A stretch of DNA of 64,000 nucleotides from an uncultured delta proteobacterium (GCA_963755125.1 CAVWIP010000001.1:1-64000); one strand, 5' to 3'; numbered from the stretch's first letter, positions 15,408 through 34,943 are shown. The notes: generated by a model from the letters alone, not told the origin. Program-made: numbers and translations.

Positions 15408-15781
15408 GGAACCGGCTTGACCCCGGTGGGCGAGGACTGCAACACCACGATGTAGTAGACGAGCATGGCCACGATCATGGCCAGCGAGAGCCATTCGAAG
15501 GGAATACGACCGAAGAGAAGCCAGCGCCGGCGGAAGAAGCGACCGCGTGAGCGGCGATTGATTTGTTGCCGGATGTCGGTCAGAAACGAGTTGGGGGCGG
15601 CGCTCCGTTTCAGGCTGCCCAGCGCCCCGAGGGTGCGGCGGAAGCGTTCGAGGTAGGTGCGGCACTGGATGCAGGTGGAAAGGTGGTGGTCCACCGAGGC
15701 CTTCTCTTCGGGTGACAGTTCGCCCTCGAAATAGGCGGAGAAGGTGTCCACGATCCGGGTGTGGGAATCGGCTGCGCTCAC
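15404..15781 (-). CDS. zf-HC2 (ZAS) anti-sigma factor with one TM helix
   Basis: HLSTCIQC (HxxxCxxC); overlaps the ECF sigma stop; C-terminal TM segment. Confidence 0.85.
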   Translation of the reverse strand: MSAADSHTRIVDTFSAYFEGELSPEEKASVDHHLSTCIQCRTYLERFRRTLGALGSLKRSAAPNSFLTDIRQQINRRSRGRFFRRRWLLFGRIPFEWLSLAMIVAMLVYYIVVLQSSPTGVKPVP

Positions 15782-16359
15782 TTGAGCTTGTCCTCGATCA
15801 GTTGTTTCAACGTCATGCGGGCGCGATGCAATCGTGACTTGACGGTGCCCTCGGGCAAGCCGGTGATTTCCACGATTTCCTCGTAGGATAGTTCCTCAAC
15901 GTCACGTAGCACGACGAGGAGGCGTTGGTCCTCTTCCAGGGCGGCAATGGCTTGCTGCATCATGTCCTCGGTTTCGGCCGCCTCAAGCAGAACATCCGGG
16001 CCATGAATATGCGACTGGGCCGGGGCCTTCCCTTCGTCGGCCAGATCGGCGCTGTCACTTCCGTTCGGCTCTTGACCCTGTTCCCGACGGCGGGCCATGT
16101 ACTTGATGCGATTCTTGGCGTGGTTGGTGGCAATGCGCAGCAACCAAGTGGACAGCTTGGCTTCGCTGCGGAACGAGTCGATGCTCTTGAAGACCGTGAC
16201 AAAGACTTCCTGGGCGATGTCCTCGGCTTCGGCGCGCGAGCCGACCATGCGCAAGACCAGATTGAAGACGCGGTCGCCATGCAGGCGCACCACCTCATTG
16301 AAGGCTTCCTCGTCCCTTCTGACCAGCCTGGCAACCAGGAGTCGCTCGGACAGACTCAT
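15778..16359 (-). CDS. ECF sigma factor (RpoE-like); upstream start at 16461 possible
   Basis: AEDIAQEVF, STWLLRIATN, LSYEEI...PEGTVKSRLHRAR. Confidence 0.93.
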   Translation of the reverse strand: MSLSERLLVARLVRRDEEAFNEVVRLHGDRVFNLVLRMVGSRAEAEDIAQEVFVTVFKSIDSFRSEAKLSTWLLRIATNHAKNRIKYMARRREQGQEPNGSDSADLADEGKAPAQSHIHGPDVLLEAAETEDMMQQAIAALEEDQRLLVVLRDVEELSYEEIVEITGLPEGTVKSRLHRARMTLKQLIEDKLK

Positions 16360-16537
16360 CTGAAACGCAGACCGCGAGTGCGAGGCACGCAACCGACCGG
16401 GGTGGGATGATGCCTTTGCCGGGATGGCCGTGGCCGGCGTGGGCGCGAGGGTAGCCTCCACATATCAATGGACAGCGTTGCAGCAGAAAAGTTCCAGGGA
16501 GCAGGCGACAAGCAGCCGCCAGTCTATCGTGTAAAGG

Positions 16538-17422
16538 CTAAATCGTGGGAACGAAGAGCCGAGCACTGACGCCCACGAACGTGCCTTTGTTGTCGCCTGA
16601 GATGTCTTGACGCATGGAAATGTCGAGCGCGCCTACGCCAGAAACAAAGGACAGACCGCCGCTCAGGTAACCGTTCTTGTGCAGGCCATCGCTTCCGCCG
16701 CCCAGCCGGATCGCCATGGTCTTGCCTAGATATTCACCGCCTCCCATCATGTAGTAGGCCTTGCTGCGGGTCGGGTCACCCGACACGCGCTCCAGCACGC
16801 TGTCCAGGAGCAGTAGAAATCCGGGCAAGGGGCTCACGCTCACGCCGCCGCCCAAAGCCTCGGGTGCGAAGGAAGTTTCCGGATTGGTCAGGTTGTATCC
16901 GACGACTGCCAGGGAAAGGAACTGTATGGGTCGAATGGTTAGTCCGGCGTCGAAGGTGAAGCCCGTCTTCTTGTCCGTAGTGCCGCTTGCCTCGGTCGAA
17001 AAGTACATATATTTCGCCGTGCCGCCGAGAAACACTACGTCGCCGAGTGGGAACGACAGCGAAAGACCGCCCTCGTGGCCGATCTGAGTCCCGCCGGTGG
17101 GCGAGGCCGTGTGAAACGTGTAGAAGAGAGCGCCACCAAGATTGAAACCTGAGGTGGAATCGACCAGTGACACGTGAACGTCGTTCGCCGAATCTCGGCT
17201 CCCGTATTGATAGGCGCCTTCCACGGTGTAGGCGCGCAGGAGCGAGATCCCGGACGGATTGAGCATGGGGCCGGCATCGCCCGTTGCCGTCGCGCGCATG
17301 GCCCCGCCGGTGCCAAGCGCGCAGGTTCCCGGCAGTGCTGTGCCGTCGGCCCAGGCCGGGGCATCCAGCCAGATGGCAAGGGCAAGTGCCGCCGTGGCTG
17401 CTATGAGGGCGGTAGAGCGCAT
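16538..17422 (-). CDS. hypothetical exported beta-barrel protein
   Basis: Signal peptide (AWA/D), ALGTGGA...NPSG N-terminus reminiscent of FadL/PorV-like barrels, beta-strand pattern. Confidence 0.65.
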   Translation of the reverse strand: MRSTALIAATAALALAIWLDAPAWADGTALPGTCALGTGGAMRATATGDAGPMLNPSGISLLRAYTVEGAYQYGSRDSANDVHVSLVDSTSGFNLGGALFYTFHTASPTGGTQIGHEGGLSLSFPLGDVVFLGGTAKYMYFSTEASGTTDKKTGFTFDAGLTIRPIQFLSLAVVGYNLTNPETSFAPEALGGGVSVSPLPGFLLLLDSVLERVSGDPTRSKAYYMMGGGEYLGKTMAIRLGGGSDGLHKNGYLSGGLSFVSGVGALDISMRQDISGDNKGTFVGVSARLFVPTI

Positions 17423-17470
17423 GGCCGAATTGTAGGTCGTCACAGCCAGCGGTCCAGAAACTGGTGCTGT

Positions 17471-18148
17471 TCACAGCCAGCCGCGGTCGGCGAAGCTCAC
17501 ATACCCACCGGCTGCAACTACCACATGGTCGAGCACACCGATGCCACACAGCTCACCAACCTGGCGGAGGCGTGCGGTCAGCTCCATGTCCTGGCGTGAG
17601 GGTGATGGGTCGCCCGACGGGTGGTTGTGGCAGAAGATCACCGACGCGGCGGCGCTGCGGATGAGGGTGCGGAAGACATCGCGCGGGTGGACCTCGACTC
17701 CGGTGAGCGACCCGCGCGCCACGCAGGATTCGAATTGGACACGGTGGCGGACATCGAGCGCCAGCATCCAAAATTCCTCGACGAGCGAGGGCGACAGCCT
17801 GGCTCGATAATGCGTCCAGACGTCGGCTGCGTTGCCCAGGAATCGGCCGCGTTCGGGCCGAGTTCCGGTCGCCCTTCGCCCTAGCTCAAGAGCCGCCTGG
17901 ATCACGGCGGCGCGAGCCGGGCCGACCCCCGGCTGGGTGCGCAATTCTGCTTCTGCGGCATCGCCCAGTCCACGCAGATCGCCCAGTCGGGCAATCAAAT
18001 CATGAGCGATTTCGATGACATTCTGTCCCTGGCGGCCGCTGCCGAGGAGTATTGCAAGGAGCTCTGCGTCGGAGAGGGCACTTGGACCGCGGGCCAGCAG
18101 CCGTTCTCGAGGACGGGCATCCGGAGCGAGAGCAAGGAGAGCCGGCAC
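17471..18148 (-). CDS. radC: RadC family protein (JAB/MPN domain)
   Basis: RPRERL, LSDAELLAILL, HPRDVF, HNHPSGDPSPS, LDHVV; GTG start 8 nt after GGAG gives about 225 aa. Confidence 0.93.
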   Translation of the reverse strand: MPALLALAPDARPRERLLARGPSALSDAELLAILLGSGRQGQNVIEIAHDLIARLGDLRGLGDAAEAELRTQPGVGPARAAVIQAALELGRRATGTRPERGRFLGNAADVWTHYRARLSPSLVEEFWMLALDVRHRVQFESCVARGSLTGVEVHPRDVFRTLIRSAAASVIFCHNHPSGDPSPSRQDMELTARLRQVGELCGIGVLDHVVVAAGGYVSFADRGWL

Positions 18149-18160
18149 AAAGGGAACTCC

Positions 18161-18176
18161 AGCACGTGGTGTGCCA
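18161..18176 (-). promoter_or_regulatory. candidate sigma54 -24/-12 element before radC
   Basis: Minus strand TGGCAC-ACCAC-GTGCT (GG-N10-GC). Confidence 0.4.
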
Positions 18177-18485
18177 TACCTAATTCTAGTGACCGACGCC
18201 GGAGACTGTGCTAAGTTGACTGTGACTTCCTGCGAGGCGGACGTCGTGTCCGCGCTGACGTCGAAGCGGTCGAGGTTGTACTGAGACCAGCGTCCCAACG
18301 GTCCAGGAACTGGGGGCCGTGCCCGGGAACGGTGGATTGTTGGAGCAGGAATCCATACTTTAGCTACGTGATTCGAGATCGGAGAGGAGTCGAGACTGAG
18401 TACCCCATCCAACTGGGAGCCGGCTGAGGCCGCTGCTGCCAACGAGTCCGTACGCGTCGGTCAGAACGACGGCGGAGACGGGCCC

Positions 18486-20708
18486 ATGGCTGTGCAGGAC
18501 GACGCGGAGCCCACCATCATCATCCATCGATCGGAGAGCGGGACCGAGGCTTTCCGCATCCGCGAACCGGTCGAGCCGCTCAGCCCTGCGGTCATACCAA
18601 GTGCGCGGGCCGTGCCTGAGTCGGAGTACTCATCGGCCCTCAGGCAGGCGGTGGATCACGCCCGGCCCATCCTGCGCATCCGCGAGCTGCGTCCCGGGCA
18701 GGCCGAGGTCATCGAGTCGGTGCTCAGCGGTCGCGACACCCTGGCCATCATGCCCACGGGGAGCGGGAAGTCGCTGACCTATCAGCTGCCTGCGCTGTCG
18801 CTGACTGGCCCAACCCTGGTGGTCTCTCCGCTGCTGGCGCTCATCGAGGACCAGGTCGGCAAGCTGAAGGCCGCCGGCGTGGCTGTGGCGCGCATCGATT
18901 CGACCCGCACGGCCAAGGAACGCGCCGCGGATCTGGATGGGGTACGCGAGGGCCGCATCAAGCTGATTCTCATCACGCCCGAGTCGGTTTGCACACCCGC
19001 CGTGCAGGAGATGCTTGCGGGCGTGAGGTTCTCGCTCTTCTGCGTGGACGAAGCCCACTGCGTGTCGCAGTGGGGACATGATTTCCGACCTTCCTATCTG
19101 GGGCTGCGGCGCGCGGCGGAGGTGCTAGGGCGGCCACCCATCCTGGGACTCACCGCGACGGCCACGCCGGCGATCGCCGAGGATGTCGCTGTCCAGCTCG
19201 GGATGAAGGACGTCTACACCTGCCGGGTGTCATTCCATCGTCCCAACCTGGCCTTCGACGTGCGCAAGGTTGGCGGTGAGGCGGACAAGCTGCGCGTCTT
19301 GGGCAAATTGATCCAGCGCCTGCGGCGCCCGGGCATCGTGTATTGCGCGACGGTCAGGGCGGTCGACGAGCTCTACGTGGCTTTGCGCCACGGCAAGATC
19401 CCGGTCGAACGCTACAACGGCAAGATGACCACGGATGAGCGGGAAAAGGCGCAGGCGTCCTTCATGTCGGCCGGGCGCAAGGTGGTCATGATCGCCACCA
19501 ATGCCTTCGGGCTCGGTGTGGACAAGCCAGACATCCGCTACATCATCCATTACCAGATGCCAGGCTCGCCTGAGTCCTACGTGCAGGAGGCGGGGCGCGC
19601 TGGCCGCGACGGCAAGCCCGCCCGGTGTGTCTTGCTCTTCCAGCCGGACGACATCGCCATCCAAGAGCATTTTCTCAAAGAGGCACACCCCACCAAGACG
19701 CAAGCCCGCGCGGTGGCAGAGGGGCTGTATGCCTGGAGCGACGAGGGCAAAGAGGTTTCGGTGCGCGACCTGGCCCTGTCGATGGCCTTGCCGGAACGCC
19801 GCGTGCGCGTGGTTCTCTCGGTGCTGGAGGCCATGGGGGTGGCGGTGGAAGTCAAGGCCGCGCGCTGGGCGGGGGTGGAGCCGCGGCCCACGCGCGAGCA
19901 GATCGACAAGGCGGCCTCGGTTTTCGAGGCGCGGCGTATTTCCGACCGGCGGAGACTGGCCGCGCTGTTGAAGTACATGAACACGCAGACCTGCCGGGTG
20001 CAGATGCTGCGCGCATACTTCGGCGAGGAGGATGGCGGGAAGTGTGGCCTGTGTGACTCATGCGCGGGCCTGGACAGCGAGGTGTTCGACCCAGGAGACG
20101 CCGACGCACGTCACGGTTTGCACGCGGCAACTGATTTCCACGGCCGCCCGCGCCGGCACCGGCGTCGCGGCGAAAAGCCGGCAGGTGCTGCGCGCCCAGT
20201 GCCGATCTTCCCCACCGCCATACCCGATCTACCTTCGCGCGCCGTGCCCCCGCCTTGGGTTCCGCCGCCCGCCAGCGACGGCATCGTCGACGAGAGTGTC
20301 TGGCAAGAGGCGCCGGGCATCGGGGAACCGGCAGCGGGAGAGATCGTGCTGGAACCGGGCGAGGCCGAGGCGTTTTCAGCTGAGGCCGCGTCGTGTGAGG
20401 TTCGCCCAGAAGAAGCCGCGCCTGACTTTGCAGCCGGCTGGGCGGCGATCCGTGATGCCAACATTCGACCCTACGTGGAATGGGTGGTGCCGCCGCCGTT
20501 GTCGTTGCCGGTGGCCGCCTCTGTGCACGGGGCGCCGGGACGGCCGCCGCCGAGCGGGCAGAACCCCAACGGGCGCGGCGGAAACGAGTCAGATGGCGGT
20601 CGCAGGCAGCGCAGGCGGTCACGACATGGCCGCCACCGACACGGGCGCGACCGGGGTGATCGGCGCGGACCGCGGCTGCCGGGTGTGTACAACCCCGGGG
20701 GCGATTAG
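18486..20708 (+). CDS. recQ: RecQ-family DEAH helicase with low-complexity C-terminal tail (possible CTG start at 18396)
   Basis: MPTGSGKS, VDEAHCVSQWGHDFRPSY, TATAT, QEAGRAGRDG, Cys-rich Zn site CR...CGLCDSC. Confidence 0.93.
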   Translation: MAVQDDAEPTIIIHRSESGTEAFRIREPVEPLSPAVIPSARAVPESEYSSALRQAVDHARPILRIRELRPGQAEVIESVLSGRDTLAIMPTGSGKSLTYQLPALSLTGPTLVVSPLLALIEDQVGKLKAAGVAVARIDSTRTAKERAADLDGVREGRIKLILITPESVCTPAVQEMLAGVRFSLFCVDEAHCVSQWGHDFRPSYLGLRRAAEVLGRPPILGLTATATPAIAEDVAVQLGMKDVYTCRVSFHRPNLAFDVRKVGGEADKLRVLGKLIQRLRRPGIVYCATVRAVDELYVALRHGKIPVERYNGKMTTDEREKAQASFMSAGRKVVMIATNAFGLGVDKPDIRYIIHYQMPGSPESYVQEAGRAGRDGKPARCVLLFQPDDIAIQEHFLKEAHPTKTQARAVAEGLYAWSDEGKEVSVRDLALSMALPERRVRVVLSVLEAMGVAVEVKAARWAGVEPRPTREQIDKAASVFEARRISDRRRLAALLKYMNTQTCRVQMLRAYFGEEDGGKCGLCDSCAGLDSEVFDPGDADARHGLHAATDFHGRPRRHRRRGEKPAGAARPVPIFPTAIPDLPSRAVPPPWVPPPASDGIVDESVWQEAPGIGEPAAGEIVLEPGEAEAFSAEAASCEVRPEEAAPDFAAGWAAIRDANIRPYVEWVVPPPLSLPVAASVHGAPGRPPPSGQNPNGRGGNESDGGRRQRRRSRHGRHRHGRDRGDRRGPRLPGVYNPGGD

Positions 20709-20709
20709 G

Positions 20710-20807
20710 GCTTTTTCGCGACCGCGCCTCTGTGTGCCTCGCCTTCGGAGAACCGCGGCTCGCTGAGAACACCGGGGGAGGGGAGGACGCAGAGGTGCGC
20801 GAGGGGC
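20710..20807. repeat. long imperfect inverted repeat between convergent recQ and kinase genes
   Basis: GCGCCTCTGTGTGCCTC (20724-20740) pairs imperfectly with GAGGACGCAGAGGTGC (20783-20798). Confidence 0.6.
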
Positions 20808-22601
20808 TCATCGTCCCAGGATTCGTCGAAAGAACGACTTCTTCGGCGCAGGTTTCTTCTTCAGCGCTATGATGACTTTCTGGTTCTTCCTGCCGCTTAC
20901 GGTGAAACGCCTGCTCACGGTTTCGTACCCCTTCTTGACGAATGTCAGTTGGTAGGTGATTCCGGGCCGGAAGCGCAGGTTGAGCGGCGATCGCCCGAAG
21001 ACGCGTTCCTTGAGTTTGACCACGGCGCCTTGAGGGCGGCTCTCTATGTGAACGGAGACGCTCTCGGGGAGGGCGCGCTCCGACTTGGCCCGCTCGCCAT
21101 GTCTGGCGCCAGGTGGTTTGGCTGGCACCTCGCCCTCAGCCTCTCCGAGAATCTGGTCAGAGCTGGCTGGCTCGCTGTGCTTGAGCAGAGCCTCCTCCTC
21201 GTCTTCCGTCGGCGGTGGCTGGGGCGGCGGACGAGTCTCTTCCGGCGCGGGCGGCTGGTCGTTCTTGGCAGGCTCCTCGGTGGGTTGGGGAGAAGGCGGC
21301 TCCGCTGGAGCCGGGACCGGCGACGCCGGTGCACGTGGAGCAGATGAGGAGCGCGCCGCTATGTGCTGCCGTCGTGGAGTGTCGCGCAGGCCCAACCACG
21401 CCAGCAACGTAGCCGCCCCACCCAGGAAGAAAAACATGGCCACTCGCCGCGACAGCTTCGACGGATCTTTTGCTGGTGGAGTGGGGGGCGGCGCTGCGAC
21501 GTGCATGGTGGGCAGGAGCGCCGGCGTGGCCGCCATGGTGGGCATGGTGGGCCGAACCGGGCCTTCGCGCAGCTCGGAGACCTGGGAAGAGTCGTCGAAG
21601 ATGAGATCTTCGCTGCCGTCGAGTTGCAGAGGCTCGGAATCGTCCGTCGCGGGTGGCTGACCGATCGCTTTGGAGATAGTCGGCGCGCCGTCCATCTGCT
21701 GCAGCTCCGCCAGCCAGCGCTTGAGTTCGGTCTGGCCCGCGGCCTTGAAAGCGGAGCGCTGCACGGTCTCGATGTCGACCAGCATCTCCTCCGCGCTCTG
21801 GTAGCGGTTCGCCGGGGCCGCCTGCATGGCCCGCAGGGTGATGCGGGCGAACTCGGGCGAGATGTCGGGCGTGACCTCCTCGGGCCGTGCGAACTGGCAC
21901 TGCCGCACACGCACGATGGCCTCGAGATCGGTGGGTGCCTCGAAGGGACGCCGTCCAGTGCCCAGCAGGTACAGCACGGTTCCGAGCGAGAAGATGTCCG
22001 AGCGTGCATCGACCGCGGAGCCCGACGCCTGCTCGGGCGACATGAAAGCTAGCTTGCCTTTGATCACGCCGTGACCGGTGTGCTCGCGCCGGCCCGTGGC
22101 CTTGGCGATGCCAAAGTCGGTCAGCTTGACCTCGCCCTGCTCGCTGACCAGCACGTTGTGCGGGCTCACGTCGCGGTGGACGATGCCCAGAGGCTGCCCG
22201 TCACGTGTCTTGGCGTGGGCATAGCCGAGCGCCCGGCAGACCTCGCCCGCGACATAGAGGGACAGCTCGGGCGGGAGAGGAAACGAGGCGGCCCGGGCAC
22301 GATTGAAGATCTGGTTGAGGTCCCAGCCATCGACCAGCTCAAGGACGAGAAAGTAGCGGCCCCGTGCGTGGCCGAGATCCAGCACCTGAACGATGTTGCT
22401 GTGGTTGAGGCTCATGGCGACATGAGCCTCGTCGATCATCTGATTGCGGAATTGCGGGTCGGCCAGCAGAGACGCAAGAATGCGCTTGAGCACGACCGGC
22501 CGTTCGAATCCCTCGACCCCACGTTGGCGGCCAAGAAAGATTTCGGCCATGCCGCCGTCGGCGATCTTGCGCGAGATATGGTAGCGACCGGCTCCGGGCA
22601 T
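20808..22601 (-). CDS. Hanks-type Ser/Thr protein kinase with TM helix and C-terminal PEGA-like domain
   Basis: GGMAEIF, VVLK, HRDVSPHN, DFGIAK, MSPEQ; TM about residue 390-405; IESRPQGA.V PEGA-like motif. Confidence 0.93.
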   Translation of the reverse strand: MPGAGRYHISRKIADGGMAEIFLGRQRGVEGFERPVVLKRILASLLADPQFRNQMIDEAHVAMSLNHSNIVQVLDLGHARGRYFLVLELVDGWDLNQIFNRARAASFPLPPELSLYVAGEVCRALGYAHAKTRDGQPLGIVHRDVSPHNVLVSEQGEVKLTDFGIAKATGRREHTGHGVIKGKLAFMSPEQASGSAVDARSDIFSLGTVLYLLGTGRRPFEAPTDLEAIVRVRQCQFARPEEVTPDISPEFARITLRAMQAAPANRYQSAEEMLVDIETVQRSAFKAAGQTELKRWLAELQQMDGAPTISKAIGQPPATDDSEPLQLDGSEDLIFDDSSQVSELREGPVRPTMPTMAATPALLPTMHVAAPPPTPPAKDPSKLSRRVAMFFFLGGAATLLAWLGLRDTPRRQHIAARSSSAPRAPASPVPAPAEPPSPQPTEEPAKNDQPPAPEETRPPPQPPPTEDEEEALLKHSEPASSDQILGEAEGEVPAKPPGARHGERAKSERALPESVSVHIESRPQGAVVKLKERVFGRSPLNLRFRPGITYQLTFVKKGYETVSRRFTVSGRKNQKVIIALKKKPAPKKSFFRRILGR

Positions 22602-22613
22602 CGACGGCCCATT

Positions 22614-24154
22614 CTACTTCTCGAACATGACTCCCGCGGGAACGATCTTGATCCGGCTGGCGGTGATGGGAAGCGGGAAACCTGCGATGGACTTGTCTTG
22701 CGCAAGGACTTCAGCCGGCGTGTCCTGGGTGTCATAGGTTATGGGCGTGGGCTTGCCGGACAGCAACTCGGCACGCAGGGCTTTGGCGTTGTCGCTGACG
22801 ATGGCGATGGTCAAGCGCCTGGGGTCGAGGTGCTTTCGGATGGCTCGGTCGACCTGCACCTTGGTCATTGACGGCAGCCGCGCCTTCAGCTCAGCGATGA
22901 TGTCCTTGCCGTAGATGAGAGCGTCGATGGCGTAACCCAGGCGGCGTGAGGGATCCTGCGCCCACAGGTCCACGTAGTGCAGCAGAAACTCGCGCGTGGC
23001 TTGGAAGCCCTCAGCCGGAATGCCTTCGCGCACCAGCTTGTCCAGTTCGAAAAGAGCGCCACGAATGGCAAACGCCGTGGTCTTCGGTGCCAGCGGGCGC
23101 AGCCAGATTTCGAAGTGCTGCTGGCGGCGCGTGATGTTGGTCAGCGGAAAAGTCGTCCCGCCGTCCTGGATGAAGTTCTCGACGTAGGCGTAGTCGCCGT
23201 AGTTCAGCCCGCGCTTCTGCCTCAGTTCGACCATGAGCTGGCCATTGAAGGTGCGGTGTTCGCCCAGGTAGGAGCCGGCCAGGAAGAGAGAATAGAAGTC
23301 GTCGTCGACGCGCGTGATGTCGAGAGGGTGGCCAATGGACACGGCGTTGGCGCGGGCGTCTTTTTCGACGATCAGCACCTCGCCGCCGTGGGCTGGGGCC
23401 GGCGGAACTTTCCTCTGCGGCTTGCCCCGGGCGGGCAGCGCGGAAAAACGCGCAGCGAAACTTTCGGGAAAGCCGTCGGGATACCCGCCGGCCACGCCCA
23501 CGATCAAGCGATCCTGGGTGAACATGCTGGCGTAGAAACGGCGGACGTCAGCGAGAGTAATGGTTTGCAAACCGGCTACCGTGCCGGCGGTGGGATGGCC
23601 ATAGGGATGGCCCTTGAACATGAGCGCGGCCAGGGCCTGCTTGCCCAAATCCTCGTCGTCATTACCGCGCAGGGTCTTGCTGATGAAGTCCATCGCGTCC
23701 TGGCGGTGACGCGTGAAATCTTCGTCGGCAAAGCGCGGGGTCAGGATCTGCTCGGCCAGAAGTTCGGCGAAGGCCGCCAGATTGTCGCGATGAACTGTGC
23801 CCTCAAAGACAAGAGCATCCTTGTCGCCGTAGGTTTGAATCTCGGCCGCCATGGGATAGAGCGCGTCGAGGACTTCGGCCCAGGAGCGGCGCTGCGTTCC
23901 GGCCGAACCGAGCATGGCCGCGGTCAGCGCGGCCATGCCGTCCTTGCCCGCGGGATCGTCGGCCGCGCCTATCTGGAAGAGCAGGCGGATGGCCACCAGG
24001 GGATTGTCAGGCGAGGGCAACTTCACGGTGCGCGGGCCTCGCGGGAGCGCGGCCGCGCGTTGCGAGGGTGAAGCAGCAGCCGGTCGGCGGGAGGCGAGGA
24101 CGCCTGCTGCCGCCAGGGCGATGGAAAGCAACATGATGGGTGTTCTCCGTCGGT

Positions 24155-24158
<4 letters not shown>
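22614..24158 (-). CDS. M16B peptidase, non-catalytic subunit (exported)
   Basis: Signal peptide, no HxxEH, ELRQKRGLNY (R/Y pair). Confidence 0.88.
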
Positions 24159-28224
<4,066 letters not shown>

Positions 28225-28270
28225 GCCCTAGTGCTAGCAGGGCGCTGCGGCCGCGTCGATAGCGCCGCGG

Positions 28271-29725
<1,455 letters not shown>

Positions 29726-29814
29726 GGCGCGCCGTCAGGCGGAAGTCTTGCCCGCCAATCCTTGCCTATCCGTGGACGTGGGGCAAGCGCGGTTATTGTC
29801 TGGCCGTCGCCACC

Positions 29815-31359
29815 TCACCCGCCCGGCTGTCGCGCGTTCTCGCTGACCGGCGCAGGCGTGTCGCCGTCAGCCCGGGTTCGTTGCTCGGTCCCGCGGCCCA
29901 CGGGCAGGAACACGCGAAGCACGGCCCCGCCTTGCGGGGCATCGTCGACCTCGATCCAGCCTTCGTGATCCTTGACGATGCCCTTGCTCACCGCCAGGCC
30001 CAGCCCGCTGCCCTGGCCGGGATCCTTGGTGGTGAAGAACGGTTCGAAGATCTTGTCGCGATCCGCGACCGGAATGCCGGGCCCGGTGTCGCTCACCTGC
30101 AGCATGAGATAGGGCGAAGGCGGCGACAACGCCAGGCCCTCCTTGCGCCGGACCAGCTGTTCCAAGTCGATGGTCAGGCTGCCGCCGTCCTTCATCGCGT
30201 GAATCGCGTTCATCACAAGGTTCAGGCAGACTTGTTGGATCTCGTCGGGGTCGCCGGGAATCGGCCGCAGATCGGTCGCGGCATGCACGCTCACCTCGAT
30301 GTGTTGGCGCTGGATCAGCTCCTCCACGAAGCTGAGCGCCTCGCGCACCACGCGGGTGACGTCGACTTCCGTCAAACTGGGCCGGCTCTTGCGTGACGCA
30401 TCCAGGACCTGGCGGATGATCTTGGTGATGCGCCCAACCTGTTCGGTGATGATCTCGGCGTTCTTCTGCACCTCGGCCGGATCGTCGGGACGCTTGGCCA
30501 GGGTGCGGGCGCGGCCACCGATCACGTTGAGCGGCGTGCCCACCTCGTGCGCGATCTCGGCCGCCACTTGGCCCACGGTGGCCAGTTTTTCCGCGCGGCG
30601 CAGGTGCGTTTCCATGGTCTGGCGGGCCGCGGTGGCGCGCGCCTCTTTCTCGCGCGCCTCGCGCAGGTAGTTTGTCATCTTGTTGAATTGCCCGGCCAGG
30701 CTGCCGATCTCGTCGTCGCGGCCGGGCAGCACCGCGCGGGTCAGGTCGCCCTGGGCCACGGCGTCGAGAGCCTCGATCAGCCGGCGCAGCGGGTTCACCA
30801 CGCGCCGGCGCAGGGTCAGGTAGAGCAGGATGCCGAAGGCAAGGATTCCCAGGACGAGAAAGGGAAGCAGGCGCCAGCCGGTGCCCATGACCTCGGCCGT
30901 GATGAAGCTGCTGTCGCAGACCAGGCCCAAAAAGGCGCTGGTCTGGCGATCCGGTGCGCCGGGCTGGGCACTGTGCAGGGGAATCGCCATGGCGTAGAAG
31001 AGCGGCATGCCGGCCGGCTCGAAGAGCTGGCCCACCGGAGCATCGAGCCGGCTCGCCTCGTCCACCAAGCCAGCCCAGAAATTGTTGGGCCGCTGGGTGC
31101 CCCAGGCGATGGTTTCCAGACGGAACTGACCCAGCCGCGCGTTGGCCGAAGCCACGCGGGCGGGCAGAAGCGTGCCGGCCTCGCTGGGTGTCAGGGGTTC
31201 CAGCCCTGCTGCCAGCGCGTCGGCCATGGCATGGGCCTCACCGTCCAGCCTGCGCACTTGATCGGCGCGCAGCACGGCGAGCACGGCCCAGATCGCGCAG
31301 GCGAGCGCGACTGCCATGAGCAGCGTGGTGACGATGGCGACGCGCGGTCCGAGCTTCAT
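29815..31359 (-). CDS. membrane sensor histidine kinase (2 TM, HAMP)
   Basis: [10 protein letters not shown]-box, [26 protein letters not shown]. Confidence 0.95.
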   Translation of the reverse strand: MKLGPRVAIVTTLLMAVALACAIWAVLAVLRADQVRRLDGEAHAMADALAAGLEPLTPSEAGTLLPARVASANARLGQFRLETIAWGTQRPNNFWAGLVDEASRLDAPVGQLFEPAGMPLFYAMAIPLHSAQPGAPDRQTSAFLGLVCDSSFITAEVMGTGWRLLPFLVLGILAFGILLYLTLRRRVVNPLRRLIEALDAVAQGDLTRAVLPGRDDEIGSLAGQFNKMTNYLREAREKEARATAARQTMETHLRRAEKLATVGQVAAEIAHEVGTPLNVIGGRARTLAKRPDDPAEVQKNAEIITEQVGRITKIIRQVLDASRKSRPSLTEVDVTRVVREALSFVEELIQRQHIEVSVHAATDLRPIPGDPDEIQQVCLNLVMNAIHAMKDGGSLTIDLEQLVRRKEGLALSPPSPYLMLQVSDTGPGIPVADRDKIFEPFFTTKDPGQGSGLGLAVSKGIVKDHEGWIEVDDAPQGGAVLRVFLPVGRGTEQRTRADGDTPAPVSENARQPGG

Positions 31360-31412
31360 GGCGGCGATGGATTATAGTACGGTTCCTTTTTCACAAATTG
31401 GGAGGTGTCTAC

Positions 31413-31975
31413 ATGCGTCGAGTGCCAACCTTTCTGATGCTCCTGACGATCGCTTCTGTCCTCACGCCCGCTCTGGCGCTGGCACAGCAGGGCACGGGCA
31501 ACGAGCAGATTTCGAGGGCAACGGTGACTGGTGCCACGAGCGGAAACGGCCGCGGGTTCGGGCTGGGCGCGGTCCAGTTGTTGGTGCCTGGCAATGCCCC
31601 CGGACCAAACATCCTCGCGACCTGGGGAGACTGGGGCGGCCGATTCCACATCGACGGGATGTTCGGCCTCGCCAGCGCGGGAAGTACCGCCTTCGACCTG
31701 GGAGCGCGAGGCTGGTACCACGTGCACGCTGCTTCCGCGGCGGACTTTTCGCTGGGAGCTGGTTTCGCATTCATAAGCTGGCACGGCGCTGCGCCGCTTG
31801 GCCGCCAGTATGACTTCGAGCTCGAACTCGGCGCGCAGATGCGGGTCTTCGTTGTGTCCAACGTGGCCTTGCTGGCCTCGGTGGGGATAGGTATCTACTT
31901 GCCGGACTCGGGCAGCAGCGGGGTGCAGTTTACCGGCAACATCATGAATACGGTCGGCATCGCCTACTACTTTCA

Positions 31976-31979
<4 letters not shown>
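31413..31979 (+). CDS. hypothetical small outer-membrane beta-barrel protein
   Basis: GGGAGG RBS, signal peptide (ALA/Q), beta-strands, terminal AYYFQ; stop overlaps the uvrA start. Confidence 0.7.
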
Positions 31980-34855
<2,876 letters not shown>

Positions 34856-34943
34856 CTGGGCTGGTCAGCGGAACTCGGCTAGAGTCGCAGAAGACAGGTT
34901 GGACGGACTTGCGAAAACGACGAAGGGCGGAGACCATGTGCGA

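Noticed and set aside
17471..20708. radC plus recQ as a mobile or defence module
   Set aside because: Full-length chromosomal-type RadC and an ordinary RecQ with host-like composition; no integrase, nuclease or att sites nearby
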